Below, piece after piece: positions 28,056-38,520 of a DNA stretch of 64,000 bases. Under the pieces are notes generated by a model that saw nothing but the letters and a program-made list of their open reading frames with translations, searched no databases and had not been told where the DNA came from. This DNA comes from an uncultured cyanobacterium (GTDB lineage Bacteria; Cyanobacteriota; Cyanobacteriia; Cyanobacteriales; Chroococcidiopsidaceae). Within the stretch, counting starts at the first letter, position 1, and every line of letters starts with the position of its first letter. The stretch is from positions 4,208 through 68,207 of the forward strand of contig CAMIFA010000005.1 in NCBI GenBank assembly GCA_946221495.1. Direction: 5' to 3'. The position numbers and the translations under genes were made by a program.

Positions 28056-29126
28056 ATGTCTTCTATGAATAACCGATTAATACCTGTAATTCTCGCTGGC
28101 GGCAAAGGTGAGCGCTTTTGGCCTCTCAGCCGTAAACATCGACCTAAGCAGTTTTTAAGTTTAGATGGTAGTGGTAAAAGTCTTTTACAGGCAACAGCCG
28201 AGCGATTATTACCACTTGCAGGTAGTTGGGAAAATTTGTGGGTAGTAACTTCTAGCCAATTAGCAACGGGAGTGCAAGAGCAACTGCCACAAATCCCCAA
28301 AGAAAATGTATTAGCTGAACCAGAAGGACGCGACACAGCCCCAGCAGTGGCTTGGAGTACCCTAGAAATTGCCAAGCGTTATGGAGAGGACGCAACGATT
28401 GGCTTTTTTCCTGCCGATCCTTGGATTGACGATCCTCTAAGGTTTCAAGAGACTCTCCGGGCTGCGACACAGCTAGCATCAAGTCAGGATGCGATCGCAA
28501 CTTTAGGAGTAAAGCCCAGTTATCCAGCTATCGGCTACGGATACATTGAACAAGGCGAACAAGTTGGTACTTTTGATGATTTTCCAGCCTACCGCGTTAA
28601 CCGCTTTACCGAAAAGCCAGACCGCCAAACAGCCCAAGAATTCTTAGCAACTGGGCGCTTTAGTTGGAATAGTGGAATGTTCATTTTTCGCGCTGGAGTT
28701 GTTTTAAAAGAATTGCGGCTTCATGCACCAGAAATTATTACTCCCTTAGAAGCACAAGGCGCAGCAGCTTATCCGCAGTTGCCGAAAACCAGCATTGATT
28801 ATGCCTTGATGGAGAAAACTGATTTAGCTTATGTATTACCAGTAGATTTTGGCTGGGATGACTTGGGTGATTGGAATGCTATTGAACGTCTCTTAAAAGG
28901 CGATGCTGCTAATGTGGAATTGGCGAACCATATAGGACTGGATACCCAAGGAGCAATTCTTTATGCCACAGACGACCAAGAAGTAATTGTTACTATTGGT
29001 TTAGAGGATGTTGTAATTGTGCGCGATCGCAACGTCACTTTAATTGTCAAAAAAGACCGTACCCAAGAAATTAAACAGGTACTGAAACTTCTCCAAGATA
29101 ACCCAAACCTGATAGACCTCTTGTAA
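28056..29126 (+). CDS. Mannose-1-phosphate guanylyltransferase (nucleotidyltransferase family)
   Basis: 356 aa. N-terminal signature IPVILAGGKGERFWPLS and the rest of the NTP-transferase fold (FPADPWIDD). Confidence 0.8.
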   Translation: MSSMNNRLIPVILAGGKGERFWPLSRKHRPKQFLSLDGSGKSLLQATAERLLPLAGSWENLWVVTSSQLATGVQEQLPQIPKENVLAEPEGRDTAPAVAWSTLEIAKRYGEDATIGFFPADPWIDDPLRFQETLRAATQLASSQDAIATLGVKPSYPAIGYGYIEQGEQVGTFDDFPAYRVNRFTEKPDRQTAQEFLATGRFSWNSGMFIFRAGVVLKELRLHAPEIITPLEAQGAAAYPQLPKTSIDYALMEKTDLAYVLPVDFGWDDLGDWNAIERLLKGDAANVELANHIGLDTQGAILYATDDQEVIVTIGLEDVVIVRDRNVTLIVKKDRTQEIKQVLKLLQDNPNLIDLL

Positions 29127-29427
29127 AGAATCAACCCCTGACAGAGGCACAAACGCAGCTTATTAAGGTAAAAGTAACTTACCGATTGATAATTTGACCA
29201 TTATGCAAATCAGCAGCTTTGCTTTGGTAGCTAAGACAACAGCGCTTAACTTTATTAGTGGCTATCAAATTGCTCCCAAAAACTTCTCTTGTCCCTATAA
29301 ACTATTGCACAGTAGCTCATCTTAATTTAGGTTATGTCGAAAGCCTGCTGACAGTTAATAGAACTGCTGGTTTTAGGTATATGTTATTCCTTGCTCCCCC
29401 TGCTTCCCCTACTCCCCTTCCCCAACT

Positions 29428-31071
29428 GTGTTTTTAACTCAAACCACTTCTCGCCAAAGAGAAATAATTGAAGTCTTCTTCCGCAACGGTTGGGACTATA
29501 TGCGACGGCTCCTCACTGGGGGTAAAGCCGATAACCCACAGTTGCCGCCTCCGGCTGTTTTGCGTAATATCCTAGTTGACTTGGGACCTGTGTATGTCAA
29601 GCTAGGGCAGCTGATGAGTACCCGCCCTGATATACTGCCAGCAGCCTATATTGAGGAACTATCAACCCTCCAAGACGAAGTACCGCCAGTTGCTTGGTCA
29701 GAAGTTGAAGTAGCTATTAGGCAACAACTGACACGCCCTTTAGAAGAAACATTTGCTGCTTTTAATCCAATTCCGGTTGCAGCTGGCTCGATCGCCCAAA
29801 CCCATAAAGCTACATTAACAGATGGGCGGGATGTTGCTGTAAAAGTACAGCGCCCTGGTATTGATGTTACTATTGCCCAAGATATTGCTCTGATCCGAGG
29901 CGTGGCGGCTTTAGTTGCTCGTACTGAAATTGGACAAAGTTACGAAATTGATTCTTTAGCCGAAGAATTTGTTACAGCGCTACAAGCTGAGTTAGATTTC
30001 ACTAGAGAAGCCAGTTATACCGATCAGTTACGGCAGAATTTAACCGACAGTCGTTGGTTTGATTCTAAGCAGTTAGTTGTAGCAGAAATTTTTTGGGATT
30101 TGACTACGCCAAAAATCATGGTGATGGAGTGGCTGAACGGTGTACCACTTCTAGCAGCGAATTTGCACGAAACTAATGGTAAAGATCCGAGTGTGAAGCG
30201 AGGCGAAATTACAACTCTGCTATTCCGCGCTTTCTTTCAGCAAGTATACATTGACGGATTTTTTCACGCTGATCCGCATCCAGGAAATTTGTTTTATCTT
30301 AACGATGGTCGTGTTGCCTTGCTAGATTGTGGCATGGTAGGCAGACTCGATCCGCGTACCCAGCAGATTTTGACAGAGATGTTGCTGGCGATCGTAGACT
30401 TAGATGGTCAACGTTGCGCTCAGTTAACGCTACAACTAGCTGAATCTGCCCAACCAGTCATTTTATCGCGCTTGGAGAATGACTATGACCGGATGCTGCG
30501 AAAGTATTACAACCTAAATCTGTCTCAGATTAATTTTAGTCAGATATTTTATGAAGTGCTACAAGTTGCCCGTAATAATAAAATTCGGCTACCTAGTAAT
30601 TTAGGATTGTATGCTAAAACTTTGGCTAATTTGGAGGGTGTAACTCGCAAGTTCAATCCTGAAGTTAACTTGCTAGATGAAATTAAGCCATTGCTTACAG
30701 AGGTGTTTCGACGACAGTTATTTGGTAAGAATCCATTACAATCGCTGTTGAGAACTGCCCTTGATGTTAAAAGTCTTTCGTTACAATCTCCACGTCAAGT
30801 TGAGTTGCTATTAGATCGAGTTACGTCTGAAACTTTGCAGTGGAATTTATCGCTGCGGGGTTTAGATGGCTTGCGTAAAACCTTAGATGATTCTGCAAAT
30901 CGACTTTCTTTTAGTATTTTGGTTGGTTCGCTAATTATGGGCGCGGCGATTATTTCAACAAAGGCGCAAACTACGGAATTGTCTTTAGTTAGCAGTGTTT
31001 TGTTTGCTGTTGCTAGTTTATTAGGGCTGTGGTTAATTCTTTCTATCATCCGTTCTGGGCGGTTGCGCTAG
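29428..31071 (+). CDS. ABC1/AarF/UbiB-family atypical kinase
   Basis: 547 aa. ABC1 signatures: lysine in AVKVQRPG, catalytic-loop FFHADPHPGNL, DCGMVG. C-terminal TM helices. Confidence 0.8.
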   Translation: MFLTQTTSRQREIIEVFFRNGWDYMRRLLTGGKADNPQLPPPAVLRNILVDLGPVYVKLGQLMSTRPDILPAAYIEELSTLQDEVPPVAWSEVEVAIRQQLTRPLEETFAAFNPIPVAAGSIAQTHKATLTDGRDVAVKVQRPGIDVTIAQDIALIRGVAALVARTEIGQSYEIDSLAEEFVTALQAELDFTREASYTDQLRQNLTDSRWFDSKQLVVAEIFWDLTTPKIMVMEWLNGVPLLAANLHETNGKDPSVKRGEITTLLFRAFFQQVYIDGFFHADPHPGNLFYLNDGRVALLDCGMVGRLDPRTQQILTEMLLAIVDLDGQRCAQLTLQLAESAQPVILSRLENDYDRMLRKYYNLNLSQINFSQIFYEVLQVARNNKIRLPSNLGLYAKTLANLEGVTRKFNPEVNLLDEIKPLLTEVFRRQLFGKNPLQSLLRTALDVKSLSLQSPRQVELLLDRVTSETLQWNLSLRGLDGLRKTLDDSANRLSFSILVGSLIMGAAIISTKAQTTELSLVSSVLFAVASLLGLWLILSIIRSGRLR

Positions 31072-31252
31072 GAGTAATAGATAGTTAGTTTACTAGATAT
31101 GAAGAGTCCCCCATCCTTAGATTTAAAGGATTTTAGGGGGATGAAGTTTGTGTGTTTCATGTGTAAGTCTTTTGAAGGGGAAAAGTCTTTAAGGTTAAGC
31201 GCGATTAAAATATAAGATCCGTCATGCTACAACATGAGTAATCGCAACCAGT

Positions 31253-32130
31253 GTGAAAACTGACAGTATTTTCTATCGCCTGTTTCAAGAATTTCCTGAT
31301 ATCTTTTTTGAACTAATTGGCAATTTCCCATTAGCAACTAATACTTATCAGTTCTCATCTGTCGAGATCAAGCAAACAGCTTTCCGCATTGATGGTGTGT
31401 TTTTACCTCAACAAAGTAATGACAATCCTATTTACTTTGTTGAGGTGAACGGTACTCCGCCTTACGAAGGCGGAGCCTGCGTTCACCGCCTTCCGCGGTT
31501 CAATTTCAACCAGATACAGAATTTTACTCTCGGTTCTTTGCCGAAATATTTTTATACCTGCGTCAGAATAAACCCCAAAATAACTGGTGTGCGGTAGTTA
31601 TATATTCAAGTCAAAGTGTAGATGTAGGAGATATAAAACATTACCAGGAGTTCTTCACAAGCCAGCGAGTGATTTCAGTTTATCTAAATGAATTAAGCGC
31701 AGCAACTGAGCAATCAATTGGCATAGGAACGCTGAGATTGGTAATTCTCCCAGAATCAACAGTAGTTGAACAAGCAAAGGGTTTAATAGACAGAGTAAGG
31801 CAAGAAATAGCCAACGAACTACAACAGCGTGAGTTATTACAATTAATAGAGACAATCTTGTTTTATAAATTGCCAAATGCAAGTCGGGAGGAGATAGAAG
31901 CAATGTTTGGATTGAGCGATCTAAAACAAACAAGAGTTTATCAAGAAGCCAAGCAAGAAGGTAAGCAAGAAGGTAAGCAGGAAGGTAAGCAGGAAGGTAA
32001 GCTAGAGGCTAAATTAGAATCAGTACCTCGGTTACTGGCATTAAATTTGACTGTAGAACAAGTAGCAGCAGCTTTAGGTTTGAGTATAGAAGAAGTTAGA
32101 CAAGCCGCACAAAGTCAGCCTTTAGAGTAA
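31253..32130 (+). pseudogene. Rpn-family (PD-(D/E)XK nuclease / putative transposase, DUF4351 C-terminus) gene disrupted by a 53-bp insertion
   Basis: Two ORFs (31253..31597 in frame 2; 31450..32130 in frame 1) together span one protein: MKTDSIFYRLFQEFPDIFFELIG...IYFVEV | QFQPDTEFYSRFFAEIFLYLRQNKPQNNWCAVVIY...KQEGKQEGKQEG. Deleting nt 31448..31500 restores YFVEV-QFQPD in one frame. Confidence 0.65.
31448..31500. repeat. 53-bp hairpin-containing insertion (MITE-like small palindromic element) causing a frameshift
   Basis: aacggtaCTCCGCCTTacgAAGGCGGAGcctgcgttcaccgccttccgcggtt contains a perfect 9-bp inverted repeat. 53 bp is not a multiple of 3. Confidence 0.5.
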
Positions 32131-32190
32131 TGCTACTGCTCACCCTACCTCATCTCTAAGATGATGTAATTATCAATTGAGCATTAAATT

Positions 32191-33921
32191 TTGTTACGAT
32201 TGATTGAACTCAAGCGATCGCCTTCTGGAGACATAATGCTGCGACTAGAACATATCAGTAAAATTTACCCCACAGGCGAAGTCCTCAAAGATGTTAACTG
32301 GGAAGTAAAGAGTGGCGATCGCATTGGCTTAGTCGGTGTTAATGGTGCAGGTAAATCAACGCAATTAAAGATCATTGCTGGCGAAATGGAACCGACGGCG
32401 GGGGAAATAATCCGTCCAGCGAGTTTACACATTGCCTACCTTACTCAAGAATTTGAAGTAGATCCTAGCCGTACTGTAAAAGAAGAATTTTGGCGCGCCT
32501 TTGGAGAAGCAAATAGAGTCCATGAATCCCTAGCGCGGGTACATCAAGACATGGAAACTGCCAATCCTGAAGAATTAGATAAATTGATCCATAAAATGGA
32601 TCGCCTCCAACGTTCCTTTGAAGCTCTAGATGGCTACGGCTTAGAAGCACAGATTGAGAAGCTATTGCCAGAAATGGGGTTTGAGCAAGCCGACGGCGAT
32701 CGCCTTGTTAGTGCTTTTAGTGGTGGCTGGCAAATGCGGATGAGTTTAGGTAAGATTCTGCTGCAAAAACCTGACTTATTGCTGCTAGACGAGCCAACAA
32801 ACCACCTTGATTTAGAAACGATAGAGTGGCTAGAAACTTACCTCAAAGGGCTGAATACCCCGATGGTAATTGTCTCCCACGATCGGGAGTTTCTGGATCG
32901 CCTTTGCACCCAAATTGTGGAAACTGAACGCGGTGTTTCCACTACCTACTTGGGAAATTACTCTGGTTATCTTCAACAAAAAGCCGAGGCGCAAGTAGCA
33001 CAACTAAGCGCTTACGAACGTCAGCAAAAAGAACTAGAGAAACAACAAGCTTTTGTTGATCGCTTCCGCGCCAGTGCTACTCGGAGTACCCAAGCTAAAA
33101 GTAGAGAAAAGCAACTAGATAAAATTGAGCGCATTGAAGCACCAACAGGTGATCTGAGAACTTTGCACTTCCGCTTTCCACCAGCACCCCGTAGTGGACG
33201 TGAAGTAGTAATAATTAAAGACTTGGTACATACCTACGACGACAAAATTCTATTTTTAGGCACAGATTTGTTGATCGAAAGAGGCGATCGCATTGCCTTC
33301 CTAGGTCCTAATGGCGCTGGTAAATCTACTTTACTACGCTTAATTACAGGCATGGAACAGCCCAGTGAAGGGCTAGTTAAGGTAGGCGATCATAACGTGA
33401 TCCCTGGCTACTTTGAGCAGAATCAAGCGGAAGCCCTAGAACTTACCAAAACTGTCATGGAGACAATCCATGACGAAGTACCTGACTGGAAAAATGAGGA
33501 AGTCCGCACACTTCTAGGACGATTTCTTTTTAGTGGCGATACAGTGTTTAAACAAGTAGCAGCTCTAAGTGGCGGCGAAAAAGCTCGTCTTGCTTTGGCA
33601 AAAATGCTTTTACGTCCAGCTAATTTACTGATATTAGATGAGCCGACGAACCATCTAGATATCCCTGCTAAAGAAATGCTGGAATCAGCAATCCAGCACT
33701 ACGACGGTACTGTAGTTGTAGTTTCCCACGATCGCTATTTCATCTCCCAAGTAGCCAACAAAATTGTCGAGATCCGCGACGGCGAATTCCGCATCTATCG
33801 CGGTGACTATCATTACTATCTAGACAAAATTGCTCAAGAAAAAGAGCAGGCAAGGTTAGAGGCGATCGCTGCTGAAAAAGCGGCTAAAAAAGCAGCCAAG
33901 GTTAGTGGTAAACGTAAATAA
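32191..33921 (+). CDS. ABC-F family ATPase (tandem ABC domains, no TMD; translation-factor type)
   Basis: 576 aa. Two Walker A motifs (GVNGAGKST, GPNGAGKST), two LSGG signatures (FSGGWQMR, LSGGEKAR), an interdomain linker, and a C-terminal K/A-rich tail. The probable start is the internal M (MLRLEH). Confidence 0.85.
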   Translation: MLRLIELKRSPSGDIMLRLEHISKIYPTGEVLKDVNWEVKSGDRIGLVGVNGAGKSTQLKIIAGEMEPTAGEIIRPASLHIAYLTQEFEVDPSRTVKEEFWRAFGEANRVHESLARVHQDMETANPEELDKLIHKMDRLQRSFEALDGYGLEAQIEKLLPEMGFEQADGDRLVSAFSGGWQMRMSLGKILLQKPDLLLLDEPTNHLDLETIEWLETYLKGLNTPMVIVSHDREFLDRLCTQIVETERGVSTTYLGNYSGYLQQKAEAQVAQLSAYERQQKELEKQQAFVDRFRASATRSTQAKSREKQLDKIERIEAPTGDLRTLHFRFPPAPRSGREVVIIKDLVHTYDDKILFLGTDLLIERGDRIAFLGPNGAGKSTLLRLITGMEQPSEGLVKVGDHNVIPGYFEQNQAEALELTKTVMETIHDEVPDWKNEEVRTLLGRFLFSGDTVFKQVAALSGGEKARLALAKMLLRPANLLILDEPTNHLDIPAKEMLESAIQHYDGTVVVVSHDRYFISQVANKIVEIRDGEFRIYRGDYHYYLDKIAQEKEQARLEAIAAEKAAKKAAKVSGKRK

Positions 33922-34361
33922 CTAGTAAGAGTCATTAGTTCTGATTATTATCAGGGGATGGGTTATGTACCTAAAACTGTAAGAGTCATTATTGTCAGGA
34001 CTTACGCAAAAACCCTTTCAAACTCTTATTTCTTTGTGTTCTTTGTGTTCTAAACGCTGTCGCTACACTACGTGAATGCGGTAGCCTGCGGCAAGCCGCG
34101 AAGCGTCTACGTTTTTCCGTCACTGGTGCATAAGTCCTACTTCTTGTAATTCATAGCCCACTTTATAAAGCTCTGTTGCTAAGGACTACTGACTAATTTG
34201 AGAATGGATCTCATCATTAACAGCTAAACAGCGATCCCCGCAGAAAAACTTCCTAAAGTAGTAGAAAAAATATTTAAAAAACGACAAAAAGACCCCTTGC
34301 AGTGACAGAAAGCAGTGGTATTATTCGATGAGTTATCCAAAAAATAAAGGGCGAGATAAAT

Positions 34362-35960
34362 ATGACCCAAGCACCTGTTGCTCCTGTGGTGCTAGTCATT
34401 TTAGACGGGTGGGGCTACCGTGAGGAAACAGAAGGAAACGCGATCGCAGGCGCTAATATCCCTGTAATGAAAAGCCTCTGGGCTGCTTATCCTAAAACCC
34501 TGATCCACACCTCTGGTAAAGCAGTTGGGCTACCAGAAGGTCAAATGGGCAACTCCGAAGTCGGGCATATAAACATCGGCGCTGGGCGAGTAGTACCGCA
34601 AGAATTAGTGCGGATCTCAGATGCCGTAGAAGATGGTTCGATTCTCAGCAATCCAGCCCTAGTGCGGATTTGTGAGTCAGTCCGGAATCGTAACAGCAAG
34701 CTGCACTTAATCGGGCTAACATCCGTTGGTGGAGTTCACTCTCATCTAAACCATTTGTTAGGATTACTTGACTTAGCAAAAAAACAAGAAATTTCCGAAG
34801 TTTGCATTCATGCAATTACAGATGGTCGCGATACACTGCCGACAGATGGTGTAGCAGCAATTGAGAAAATTCAAGATTACATCGACTTGTATGGAGTCGG
34901 GCGGATTGTTACTATAAGCGGTCGTTACTACGCAATGGATCGCGATCGCCGTTGGGATAGAGTTAAACGTGCCTACGACGTAATGACTCAGGACGAAATC
35001 ACAGATACTCGTTCGGCAATTGAAATATTAAAAGCATCCTATGTAGAAGGGGTGACAGACGAATTTATCAACCCCACGCGGATTGCCTCTGGCGCAATTG
35101 AACCAGGGGATGGAGTGATATTTTATAACTTCCGTCCAGATAGAGCCAGACAATTAACCCAGGCTTTTGTAAATAGCGATTTTAATGGTTTTGAACGTCA
35201 GCAAATCAGCCCTTTATCTTTTGTGACGTTCACTCAATACGAGCCAGATTTACCAGTTGCAGTTGCCTTTGAACCGCAAAATTTTAACAATATCCTGGGA
35301 GAAGTAATTGCCCAGCATAATTTAAAGCAGTTTCGGACTGCGGAGACAGAAAAATACGCTCATGTCACGTACTTTTTCAATGGCGGGCTGGAGGAGCCTT
35401 TTGAGGGTGAAGATCGGGAATTAGTAATGAGTCCGATGGTAGCGACTTATGATCGCGCTCCGGCGATGTCAGCTGATGCTGTTACCGATGTCGCGATCGC
35501 CGCCGTTAAAAAACGCATTTACTCTCTAGTTGTAATTAACTACGCTAACCCAGATATGGTAGGGCATACGGGGCAGATTCCAGCGACAATTACCGCAGTT
35601 GAAACTGTTGATCGGTGTTTGGGACGCTTGCTAGAAAGTATTAGCAAAGTTGGCGGTACAGCAATCATCACTGCTGATCATGGCAATGCTGAATATATGC
35701 GGGACGAACATGGTAATGCCTGGACAGCTCACACTACTAACCCAGTTCCCTTAATCTTAGTTGAAGGAGAAAAAGCTAAAATCTCTGGACACGGCACTCA
35801 TCTTAATTTACGCACAGATGGTAGTCTTGCCGATATTGCGCCGACAATTCTAGATATTTTGCAGCTACCTAAACCTGTTGAGATGAAAGGTTGTTCTTTA
35901 ATAAAACCAGCTGAATATGAAGTTGCCGCTACTCGTACTTCTTTACAAGCTGCTCGATAA
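34362..35960 (+). CDS. gpmI: 2,3-bisphosphoglycerate-independent phosphoglycerate mutase
   Basis: 532 aa. iPGM signatures VVLVILDGWGYRE, NSEVGHINIGAGR, and a C-terminal metal-binding domain (ADHGNAE). Confidence 0.9.
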   Translation: MTQAPVAPVVLVILDGWGYREETEGNAIAGANIPVMKSLWAAYPKTLIHTSGKAVGLPEGQMGNSEVGHINIGAGRVVPQELVRISDAVEDGSILSNPALVRICESVRNRNSKLHLIGLTSVGGVHSHLNHLLGLLDLAKKQEISEVCIHAITDGRDTLPTDGVAAIEKIQDYIDLYGVGRIVTISGRYYAMDRDRRWDRVKRAYDVMTQDEITDTRSAIEILKASYVEGVTDEFINPTRIASGAIEPGDGVIFYNFRPDRARQLTQAFVNSDFNGFERQQISPLSFVTFTQYEPDLPVAVAFEPQNFNNILGEVIAQHNLKQFRTAETEKYAHVTYFFNGGLEEPFEGEDRELVMSPMVATYDRAPAMSADAVTDVAIAAVKKRIYSLVVINYANPDMVGHTGQIPATITAVETVDRCLGRLLESISKVGGTAIITADHGNAEYMRDEHGNAWTAHTTNPVPLILVEGEKAKISGHGTHLNLRTDGSLADIAPTILDILQLPKPVEMKGCSLIKPAEYEVAATRTSLQAAR

Positions 35961-36172
35961 GGGCTGTAATTAAGTTAAAATTAACAAACTTAGTTATTAG
36001 TCAATAGTTATTAGGAGTACGGATATTAAGTTCATGACCCTACTCAGAGTAGTTGGGGTTAACTCATATCAATGAATAAGAACTCGGATCTAGCGCGTTC
36101 AACTAATGACTAATGATTGAGGACTAATGACTCGCAAAGCGCTTTTAACACTGGTTTAATAAAATTACTAAC

Positions 36173-36406
36173 ATGAGCATTACTAACGTTATCCAAGCAA
36201 TCTGGTCACTTTCTGCTCTAGGCCTAATTGTCTTGGTGCTGTTGCATAGTCCTAAAGGAGATGGAGTTGGCGCTATTGGTGGTCAAGCTCAATTGTTTAC
36301 TAGTACCAAAAGTGCAGAAACCACATTAAACAGAGTTACTTGGACGCTGACAGTGATCTTTTTGAGTTTGACTGTAGTTTTGAGTGCAAATTGGCTGGGA
36401 CGATAA
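36173..36406 (+). CDS. secG: Preprotein translocase subunit SecG
   Basis: 77 aa. Two TM helices with a glycine-rich loop (LLHSPKGDGVGAIGGQAQLF). The gpmI-secG neighbourhood is conserved. Confidence 0.7.
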   Translation: MSITNVIQAIWSLSALGLIVLVLLHSPKGDGVGAIGGQAQLFTSTKSAETTLNRVTWTLTVIFLSLTVVLSANWLGR

Positions 36407-36418
36407 CATTTACACTGC

Positions 36419-37267
36419 TTGAAAAATCCTACTACAAGGCGATCGCGGCGCTGCATCAGTAGAGTGCATAGATATTTTGGTCAGCTTTTTCAGAGTTGGC
36501 GGCAGTTTTTGGTAATGTTAATAGTTATAGCTCTAACATCTGGACAATTCATTGTCAGTGCTGAAATCACTTCTAACAAAGTTTTAGCAACATCTCTAGC
36601 CTCGATAGCAGCAAAACCTCATCCTTTACCGCCAACGCTAGCTCAGTGGCAAGATGATCAAAGTGACGACTACTTCTCGCAGGTGAAATTAACTGAAGTA
36701 GGCTACCTAGTTTGGTCGCAGTTTCCAATCAAAGTTTATATTAAGCAACCCCAAGGACATAACAGCACTGACCAAGCAAAGAAATGGTTTAACAGCGTTC
36801 TACGAGCAGTACAAGAGTGGAATGTTTATTTACCTCTAGTTGTGGTAGAAAAATCAGCAGGTGCTGATATTACAATTGAGCGATCGCGTCCACCACTAAC
36901 ACTATCTCCAGATAATACTCCGCAGGCGCGATCGGCAGAAACTCGCTACGAACTCTATATCAGCAAAGCAATTCCCAGTGTATTATCCCATCGCTGCACA
37001 ATCTTACTTAGTCCCAACCAGACAAATAACTACGTCCAAGCAGCTGCCCGTCATGAACTTGGTCACGCATTAGGAATTTGGGGGCATAGTCCAGTATCAA
37101 CGGATGCTCTGTACTTTTCCCAAGTCCGCAATCCCTTACCAATCTCTGCTAGAGATATTAATACTCTCAAAACAGTTTATCAACAACCTACTAAACTGGG
37201 ATGGGCTTTAAGCAAGTCAAAAGTTAAAAGTCAAAAGTCAAAAAGTCAAAACCTATTAGTGAGTTAG
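36419..37267 (+). CDS. Putative secreted zinc metallopeptidase (metzincin/matrixin-like HExxHxxGxxH)
   Basis: 282 aa. HELGHALGIWGH motif. The start is probably the internal M at 36515 (MLIVIALTSGQFIVSA, a signal peptide). The C-terminal KSKVKSQKSKSQ tail is encoded by AAGTCAA heptamer repeats. Confidence 0.5.
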   Translation: MKNPTTRRSRRCISRVHRYFGQLFQSWRQFLVMLIVIALTSGQFIVSAEITSNKVLATSLASIAAKPHPLPPTLAQWQDDQSDDYFSQVKLTEVGYLVWSQFPIKVYIKQPQGHNSTDQAKKWFNSVLRAVQEWNVYLPLVVVEKSAGADITIERSRPPLTLSPDNTPQARSAETRYELYISKAIPSVLSHRCTILLSPNQTNNYVQAAARHELGHALGIWGHSPVSTDALYFSQVRNPLPISARDINTLKTVYQQPTKLGWALSKSKVKSQKSKSQNLLVS

Positions 37268-37273
37268 TTGAAT

Positions 37274-38425
37274 TCAATACTTAAAACTTAAAACTGTATT
37301 GTTGCGTCGCTGCTCCAAAACTTGCGTATAAAGTTGTTCTAGCTGCGTAATATTGTTGTCCAGTGTATAGCGCTCTAAGACCCTTTGGCGCGCTTTCTGC
37401 CCTAATAAAGTTGTTAGCTCTGGGTGATTTTGACAAAGTGGCAGGAGAATTCGTAATTCCGACATTACTCGCTGGGTACTAAGAACTACACCTGCTCCTC
37501 CTTCCAAAACTTCACCATCTGCTCCCGCGTCTGTTGCCAGACACGCCACACCACACGCCATTGCTTCTAGTAAAGATATTGACAGTCCCTCGACTAGCGA
37601 AGGCAGAATAAAAACGTCTGCTCCTCGGAGAATTTCAATCCGACGATTTTCATCAGCAACAAATCCTAGCCATTCAATGCCGTATTCAGCTCCATAAAAT
37701 GGCTTTAAAGCCGATGTTAATGGTCCATCACCAACAATAAGTAATTTACTATCTAAATTCATTTCCGCCTGCTTCCAGGCTCTTAGAAGTGCCTCTACGT
37801 TCTTCTCTGTAGCAAGCCGCCCTTGATAGACAAATAAACGCTTGGCTTTAAATTCCTGCTTTAGTTTGGCAGCACCAGGAGAATATTTTGTAACATCTAC
37901 GCCGTTAGGAATTACGGCAACATTCTCTGCAAGTAAGCCGAGTCTGGCTAACAACTCGCGTTGGACTTGAGAAAAAACAATTACGCGATCGTAGTTAACC
38001 AAAAAAGGTGCATAAAGTTGATACGCCAAAAGTTGCGTTCCTGATTTAAGTTTTGCTCCTTTACCAGCAAACGGCGTATGGAAAGTTGCTACTAAAGGTA
38101 AATTTAGCTCCGCACAGATTTCTGGTAGAAGGAAGTCGAGCGGCGACAAAGTTAGAGAAGCATGAACTAAATGTGGCTTCAGCCGCCGTAACGACTGGGT
38201 TAAAACTTTAGTAGCTTTCAGCGTCGGAATTGTGTAGACCTGAGACTTATAAAGAAACGGCAGGGAAACTTCGCGGCACTCTGGCCAGTTATCCGGATCG
38301 GCTTCTTGGGCGAAGTGCAGGAAGCTAACCTGATGTCCTCGGTCTAGTAAGGCATTAGTGACTTCTCGACTATAAGTAACATTGCCACAAAACGGTGATT
38401 TTTTTCCAATCCAGGCAATATGCAT
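37274..38425 (-). CDS. Glycosyltransferase family 4 (GT-B, GT1 domain)
   Basis: 383 aa. E-x7-E motif region PSLVEGLSISLLEAMACGVACLATD. Confidence 0.8.
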   Translation of the reverse strand: MHIAWIGKKSPFCGNVTYSREVTNALLDRGHQVSFLHFAQEADPDNWPECREVSLPFLYKSQVYTIPTLKATKVLTQSLRRLKPHLVHASLTLSPLDFLLPEICAELNLPLVATFHTPFAGKGAKLKSGTQLLAYQLYAPFLVNYDRVIVFSQVQRELLARLGLLAENVAVIPNGVDVTKYSPGAAKLKQEFKAKRLFVYQGRLATEKNVEALLRAWKQAEMNLDSKLLIVGDGPLTSALKPFYGAEYGIEWLGFVADENRRIEILRGADVFILPSLVEGLSISLLEAMACGVACLATDAGADGEVLEGGAGVVLSTQRVMSELRILLPLCQNHPELTTLLGQKARQRVLERYTLDNNITQLEQLYTQVLEQRRNNTVLSFKY

Positions 38426-38520
38426 TCCAGGTGAAACTCGATTTTCTGATTTAGATAATGAGACAGCATGAAAAATTAGGCAGAGGTTTCGCCTCGCCTA
38501 TGAACCTCTGAGTGAGAGTT

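Noticed and set aside
34040-34110. Hairpin-rich segment upstream of gpmI, considered as a riboswitch
   Set aside because: It does not match any riboswitch consensus I can recognise by eye. It is more likely a repeat or terminator remnant of the upstream ABC-F gene.
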